DNA of 64,000 bases from a virus (taxonomy: Duplodnaviria; Caudoviricetes): positions 7,853-71,852 of the IMG/VR virus record IMGVR_UViG_3300028591_000190. One strand, given 5' to 3'. The position numbers and the translations under genes are program-made. The notes below the pieces were generated by a model. The model had not been told where the DNA came from. It searched no databases and worked only from the letters and a program-made list of their open reading frames with translations. Below, one piece after another: positions 58,336-64,000 of this stretch; within the stretch, counting starts at the first letter, position 1; each line of letters starts with the position of its first letter.

Positions 58336-59435
58336 TATACAACCCTTTCTTTATATAACTGTAAGAATATATCTTTCCCACAATCAATCGGGGAATCTTT
58401 ATACCCAGTAAGCATATCTTTATCTATAATAAAAGATATTGATATACTATTACCAAATTTACTTTTCATCTTTTTAAACTTATCAACTAATCGGTTAAAT
58501 TCTTTATCATTTCTTTCTTGAAACTGCCTATCAAAAGCAATAATAATTTCAGCACCAGTTTCTTTTAACATATTCATTTGATAAGTTGACAAACTAAAAC
58601 CACAACAAGCAACCGATATATCATTTTCAGTCCCAAAATATGAACGATATAATAAACAAGATTTTTCGCTCTCAAATACAAATACTTTTTTCATATTTTT
58701 TATATTATTTTGAGAATGATTAAAATTGTATAAATTCATTCCAAGAGGATGACGATATATAAGGTTATTTATTTTTAATGGTCTATATTTGCCGTAATAT
58801 TCAGCTTCTTCTGCCACAACTGTTCTGCCGCGTAAGCCTATAAATCGCCCCATTTTATCATAATGAGGGATGGTAATTTGATCGCCTCCGGGATAAAATC
58901 CAATATTACTAAGTTTTAAAACTTCATCTGAGATACCTTCTTTTAACCAAGGATCAATTTTTATTTTATAGTCAAGATTTTTTAAAACTGCTGGATCATA
59001 AGTTTTAAGAACTACTTCTGGTTGTCCTTTATTTACTTTAATTGTAGAGATACGTTCCCACTCAGAAAGTTGTTTGTAATCTTCCATTTTGTGAGTATCT
59101 TCTTCTACATATACGCCGTTAATATGAAAATAATTAGCAATCCAGCGAACGGCATCATTTAAGTCATAATCTTCGTGCCACTGTATATCAGCTACTTTTC
59201 TCACCAACTCATAAATATCAAAATAACAATCGCATTCAGTATAACATCTGAAAAGCATTGAATTTTCATAGAAGTATAACTTACGACTGCCTTCATTTGG
59301 CGGATTGTGGCATATAGTATCAGAGAGAATCCCGAAACTAGAATATTCAGGATTCCCTCCAAATGTATTTAATAAATCAAAAATATTTTCTAAGGTTAAT
59401 TCTTCTTTTATTTCATCTTTATTATAATCTATCAT
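58335..59435 (-). CDS. DNA primase (zinc finger + TOPRIM)
   Basis: TICHN...FRCYTEC zinc finger, IPH..K.GRFIGLRGR, VFESEKS, IIIAFDRQF; start set at ATG 59435 (ATGA overlap). Confidence 0.85.
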   Translation of the reverse strand: MIDYNKDEIKEELTLENIFDLLNTFGGNPEYSSFGILSDTICHNPPNEGSRKLYFYENSMLFRCYTECDCYFDIYELVRKVADIQWHEDYDLNDAVRWIANYFHINGVYVEEDTHKMEDYKQLSEWERISTIKVNKGQPEVVLKTYDPAVLKNLDYKIKIDPWLKEGISDEVLKLSNIGFYPGGDQITIPHYDKMGRFIGLRGRTVVAEEAEYYGKYRPLKINNLIYRHPLGMNLYNFNHSQNNIKNMKKVFVFESEKSCLLYRSYFGTENDISVACCGFSLSTYQMNMLKETGAEIIIAFDRQFQERNDKEFNRLVDKFKKMKSKFGNSISISFIIDKDMLTGYKDSPIDCGKDIFLQLYKERVV

Positions 59436-59710
59436 AATGTAATAACTTTTACACAATAACCAATAAGTCCAAAGGTTTCATTTACATAATCACATAGCCA
59501 CTTCTGAGGGTCGCCTCTTTTACCTTCTTGTTTCTGCAAAAGCAAAATATCTTCTGCGTCTTTATGGCTCATATGATATTCAATCAGTCCACGATGACCT
59601 CCCCATTCTTCCCAGGTTTTAGGAGTAGGGAGAGACCTCTTTTCAAGCTGTTTTGCCAGAGAAATTTTCTTGTCTTTTTTATTGAATTTCTTATTGTTAT
59701 TTTTTGCCAT
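59432..59710 (-). CDS. Hypothetical protein (92 aa, basic N-terminus)
   Basis: Intact ORF with SD AGGAG between helicase and primase. Confidence 0.6.
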   Translation of the reverse strand: MAKNNNKKFNKKDKKISLAKQLEKRSLPTPKTWEEWGGHRGLIEYHMSHKDAEDILLLQKQEGKRGDPQKWLCDYVNETFGLIGYCVKVITL

Positions 59711-59734
59711 TGTTATCTCCTAATTTTTTATTCT

Positions 59735-61261
59735 TTAAAAAGCTGATTCTTCTTCTACTAGAATTTTTATATCATCAACATTTATTAGTTCATAATTCCA
59801 AGTTGTACAAAACATTGGTTGAATACGACAGGTTCCTAAATCGGCTTTGCACCATAAATAAACTCCTTTATAGCGACCCCGTCTATTTTTATAAACAGAC
59901 ATTTTGATTGTCGGTTTGTCAAATACATTCGCATTTAAAATTGTTTCTAAAGCTTCTATATCATCTTTCGTTGTATTCAAAAGAATTGAACCATAGTCAA
60001 TTTTATCGGCTATTGCTTTTGCTCCTCTTAAAAGATTTTGATCGGGAGTTTCACTTGTTGTATAATCAGCATTTAGCTGAGTAGCGCTCATAATGAATAC
60101 TCCATATTGATTACATATATCTTTCAGCTTTGTAGATAACATAAATAATATATTATCTTCTCTTAATCTAACACCGCCAGACCGTCGTGTGATTTCTTCG
60201 AGAATTTTGATACTCGTATGGATATAGTCATGAAAAACATATTTAATATCGTGATCTCGAAGATTTTTCTTAATAGTATTTTCTACGTCTTGGAGGGAGA
60301 AGTCTGGCAATTCTTCAATGAAGATTGGGGAATTTTTAAGAATATTGGCTGCTTCTTGGACTCTGTCATCTTCATCTCCTTCATAATAATTATTAATTAT
60401 ATGCTCTTCATTTACATTAGCAAGAAAAGCAAGCATCATTGTTTGAATTTCCTCTTTTTCTTGCTCTGTTGTAATAAATAATACAGGTTGTGCTATACCA
60501 GTTTTTATCCACCCAAACATATCATCATAAATCTTATTACATCCTATATAGCAACAATCGGCAATCATACTTCTTGTTTTTCCGATACCAGTTGCCGCTG
60601 ACCTTAAATAGAATTTTTTAAGTCTCGCACCACGAGTAACCGCATTGATAAGTGGACCGTAAAGTGGCACGCCAACCTCTGGATGTTCTTTAAATTTCTG
60701 TATTAACTCAAAAATGCCCTCTCCGGCCGGTGATGCTTGACCGTAGTCCTAATCGGCATATGTCATTCTAATTCGTGAAATTTTATCATCTACTAAATCG
60801 GCAAGACTTGTCAAAGAACTATTATCAAGAAACGCTTCTTGCATTTCTTTTTTCTTTGCATCTAAGATATTATCATCATCATATATATCACTTACATCTA
60901 CGCCGTTTTGATAATATACACGAAGAAGTGTCATTTTCTTCAAACGATTATAGTAATAATCAAAAGTCAATTCATTAGCATATGTAGAAACTTCTAATAA
61001 CCAATCGTCTCCTTTTTCGGCTTGATATATGCCCTAACTTTTTGGTTTTGATGCCAAATAATCATTTATATTTTGTAGTGTAATAACTTTAGCACCAAGT
61101 TCATGAACTTTATATATGGTTCCAAAAACTACTTTATGAAATTCATTTGAGAAATCTTCATCAGTTACAAAATATTTATCATCCATATCCAAAAGAGAAG
61201 GATTATTAAAAACGCATCCTATAACCTATAAGACGGCAGTTGTGTCATAATATTTAGCCAT
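59735..61261 (-). CDS. DnaB-like replicative helicase (508 aa, three TAGs)
   Basis: SAATGIGKTRSM Walker A, FITTEQ, FHDYI, MSATQLN, IADKID, YKNRRG; N-terminal domain joined through TAG. Confidence 0.88.
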
Positions 61262-61779
61262 TATACGTCCTCCTCTAAGAATTTGAATACTTCAATCTTC
61301 TTCTTTTCTACTTTTGGAGGTGGAATTCTAATTTCTCTTATATTCACTACAATTTCACCTACATCTTTATTTATTTCTTTTGCCGTTTTAATTTTTTCAA
61401 AATGTTCTTGCGCTTTTTGATAACAATATGGGACAATACCGAGTGTGTTATATTCCATAGTTGCAGGATGTTTTAATACCTCATAATAATATTTTAAAGC
61501 ATTTAAAATACCTTTATAAGTATAATTAAAATCTCGCCCTAAGTAGCGTTTCATCTACATTTGGATAACTGGATAATTAGCTTGCTTATCCCATAATTTA
61601 TCTATGTATTTGCGGAGTTCTAATTCATCTTGTTGTTCGGTAAATTCTTCATTATTGTTTTCTTCTGCTTTTTTAGAACACTCTTTATGAGCGTATCTAC
61701 TATTTGTTATCTAAATGAAAGGAACTTTATCTCTGTCAAATCTTTCTCCGCAATAAAAGCATTTTACAAAATGTGCTAT
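61261..61779 (-). CDS. Zinc-finger protein upstream of the helicase (172 aa, apparent ATA start, two TAGs); possible helicase loader
   Basis: SD GAAAGGAGG followed by ATA GCA CAT... = (M)AHFVKCFYCGERFD...YAHKEC; continuous through TAG into track ORF 61261..61554. Loader role is positional inference. Confidence 0.65.
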
Positions 61780-61809
61780 TTTTTTGCCCTCCTTTCATTT
61801 TATAATAAT

Positions 61810-61838
61810 ATTATACCATAAAATAAGAAAAAAATCAA
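61810..61838 (-). promoter_or_regulatory. sigmaA-type promoter
   Basis: On minus: TTGATT, 17 nt ending TGG, TATAAT. Confidence 0.8.
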
Positions 61839-61872
61839 CTCAATCCTGCGTAGGTATTGAGTTGATTTTTCT
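61828..61872 (-). terminator. Intrinsic terminator overlapping the -35 box of the next promoter
   Basis: AAAAATCAACTCAAT-CCTGCGTAGGT-ATTGAGTTGATTTTT inverted repeat after the ATPase stop. Confidence 0.8.
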
Positions 61873-61878
61873 TTCATA

Positions 61879-62859
61879 TCATAACTTAAATTCCTCTTTC
61901 ATATCCATAATAATAAGTGCTAACAATTCAGCCTGAGAAGGTGAAAGATTCTGAACTTTCTTTCCCTTACCAAGATGCTTATCTACAATAGCTGTAATAC
62001 GAGAACTAACTTTCGGGTCTTTATTCATAAGTTGTCCTGCCATTGTAGCAAATTCTTCTTTCATAGCATCAAAATCATATTCAATCTTTTGAACTTCTTT
62101 TTCTTTTTCATCTGTGACATATTTTCCATCATGTTCTTCGGCTTCCTTATCAATAGCTTCACGAACTGCTGCGACAAGGTCATCATAAGTAAATGGAATT
62201 TCTTTCTTTATATAATGGAAACGTCCGCCACAAGTAATACTATCATCATCAGCTCTAAGTGTTAAAACTGACATATCACTTGTTCTAACCTGATGAGCAT
62301 ATCCATAAATATCGGCCATACCTTCAATACACTGTTTAGCAGCTGAACCACTAATTGCGGGGCCAATATAATTATACTCATTACCGGCAGTATCAGTTTT
62401 AGTTCCCAGCTTTTCGTGCCCGATAAAAAATACTGCGTATCCAAGCTGTGTCAATCCTCTGAATACTTCTTTAAACTGACTTGAAAATGCAGACCAACCT
62501 TTGCCATATCCAGCATCGCCAAGATTCTCAACATCAAGCTGGTCGCATACATACTTCTGACACATTTCAGCAGCAATATCTACTGTATCTACAATAATTG
62601 TTTTATACATAGCCTTAACATCTTCGGATTTCAACTGACGATATACCATAAGCATTTCGGCCCAAGATGTAATATCTACTGCTTTTACTCCTGGAAGGGC
62701 ATTATAACCCTTTTCAAATGCGAGCAAAAGTGCATCTGGCATCTAAACAGCTAATGTAGTCTTTCCTGTTTTTGGAGCGCCATAAATAAATGTAATATAT
62801 CCGCTCAAATCTCTACTTACTTTATGTGGTTCAATCTTTGTTAAATCTATAAGTCCCAT
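61879..62859 (-). CDS. AAA_24/Sak4-like phage ATPase (326 aa, one TAG)
   Basis: FIYGAPKTGKTT Walker A, LAFEKG, TIIVDTVD, GKGW, FIGH, ADI; ATG 62859 joined through TAG. Confidence 0.8.
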
Positions 62860-62906
62860 TTAATCTTCCTCCATATTCGCTCCTATTTGATATAAGTAGG
62901 GTATGA

Positions 62907-63863
62907 TTAGAAATCATACCCGTCGTTTGCGCTACTACTACCACTTGTAGCTACATTAGCTTTCTTACGATTTGCCTGATACTTTTCCTGACGCTCTTTA
63001 ATTCCTGCCAGATATGTTTCACGAGCTGCCATTGCTTCTTTAAGTTCCTCAGCTGTGATTGTGCTTTCATCATCCCAAGCATATGGAGTTCCCTTAGCCC
63101 AAGTCACAACATACTCTTTACGAGTTGAACGTGTCTCAGAAACTGAAACTTCTCCAAATGCACCTTCCTCTTCTTTACGAGATACGATTGTTGTAGAAAC
63201 CTGAGTTCCTTTAATCTCTGTGAAGAGAGGATTCTTATTTGAAATACCCATACTCTCAAAATATGCGATAGCCTTTGGATTATACACAACCAACTCAACA
63301 GGAAGAAGTTCATTACGGAAATTGAAAATTCCACCACCAATAATTGCGTGTTCCTTAATATTCTTCTCCTCGTTAGCATCAACTGTGCGGAACTTTGTCA
63401 CGACCATATCAACATCAAAAGCTGCTCTGTCTGCGACCTTCTCCTTCAGCTCTTCACTTGCTTTCTTAATATGGATAAATCCACCATCATTTCTCTTTAC
63501 ACTAACGAGTTCTTCCTCACCATTTCTGTTTGAATAGAATTCATTCAGAGCGATTGCAGAATCAATCTCAATCTTTGCAGCTTCCTCGCCAGCTTCCATA
63601 TATGTCTTATGAGTGCCATCAATAATGGCGTTCATAATATCCCAGTTGCCGTTCTTTTTACCTGATGTTCCAAAAGTAGGAGTAACATAAGTAAAATTAA
63701 CTTCAACAATATTTTCAAAATTATCATCAGTGGCAATCTTAATTCCACCGTTAATATATTCTGTGCCGGGGTTCTTAGAAGTCTCGCCCGTCACTTTCTT
63801 TTCCAGGCTATGCTCATACAAATAACCTTCAATATGTGTTGCATTCTTCATCTTTTTCTTCAT
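62907..63863 (-). CDS. Putative single-stranded DNA-binding protein
   Basis: Beta-rich 318-aa protein next to the Sak4-like gene, with a flexible tail ending in acidic residues and Phe (NDGYDF). Confidence 0.65.
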   Translation of the reverse strand: MKKKMKNATHIEGYLYEHSLEKKVTGETSKNPGTEYINGGIKIATDDNFENIVEVNFTYVTPTFGTSGKKNGNWDIMNAIIDGTHKTYMEAGEEAAKIEIDSAIALNEFYSNRNGEEELVSVKRNDGGFIHIKKASEELKEKVADRAAFDVDMVVTKFRTVDANEEKNIKEHAIIGGGIFNFRNELLPVELVVYNPKAIAYFESMGISNKNPLFTEIKGTQVSTTIVSRKEEEGAFGEVSVSETRSTRKEYVVTWAKGTPYAWDDESTITAEELKEAMAARETYLAGIKERQEKYQANRKKANVATSGSSSANDGYDF

Positions 63864-63883
63864 AATTTTATTCTCCTTTTATA

Positions 63884-64000
63884 TTATTCTACTACCTTAT
63901 TTTTTCCTTTTTCTGTCAAAGCATAAATCACTGGATCTTGACTCACTTTTTCAACATAACCATCAGTTACAAGTTTCCGAATCGCACCAGATACGGTTCT
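63884..64000 (-). CDS. Winged-helix DNA-binding protein, C-terminal part (runs off window end)
   Basis: RTVSGAIRKLVTDGYVEKVSQDPVIYALTEKG is a wHTH recognition helix plus wing. Confidence 0.7.
   Translation of the reverse strand, partial: RTVSGAIRKLVTDGYVEKVSQDPVIYALTEKGKNKVVE

Noticed and set aside
50255-61261. Inteins in dnaE or the DnaB-like helicase
   Set aside because: Lengths and motif spacing look normal; no intein splice-junction or LAGLIDADG motifs seen.
11937-63537. Short antisense or off-frame track ORFs (e.g. 11937..12155, 13238..13630, 19985..20341, 46539..46952, 60218..60481, 63220..63537)
   Set aside because: They lie inside longer, well-supported code-15 genes, have no recognisable motifs and look like shadow ORFs.
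1-64000. Suppressor tRNA-CUA, other tRNAs or a release factor
   Set aside because: No cloverleaf or RF-like ORF recognised and intergenic gaps are short; tRNAscan-SE or ARAGORN is needed to exclude them formally.

Overview
64 kb segment of a large, AT-rich, tailed dsDNA bacteriophage that uses a recoded genetic code (TAG = Gln, code 15). The supplied code-11 ORF track breaks most genes into same-frame fragments ending at TAG, so all CDS coordinates here were re-read with only TAA/TGA as stops. The + strand (1-42636) is the tail module: tape-measure C-terminus, very large tail/baseplate proteins (up to ~2730 aa), several fibre-like proteins, a 2202-aa CotH-kinase-like/LRR protein, two BppU-like proteins, a stand-alone GT2 glycosyltransferase and a holin. 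The - strand (42670-64000) is the nucleotide and replication module: RuvC-like resolvase, dUTPase, nrdG, free-standing GIY-YIG endonuclease, formate/nitrite channel, nrdD split by an HNH-carrying group I intron, guanylate kinase, DnaE, RecD-like helicase with a 5-nt interruption in Walker A, DHH exonuclease, primase, DnaB-like helicase, Sak4-like ATPase and SSB. The modules converge on a bidirectional terminator. Strong AGGAGG Shine-Dalgarno sites, sigmaA-type promoters and a class III RNR suggest an anaerobic Bacillota host (inference). Most notable: a formate channel inside an apparently NrdR-boxed class III RNR operon, three genes that appear to start at ATT/ATC/ATA, and very uneven TAG use between genes. 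All family calls are by motif recognition; no searches were run.
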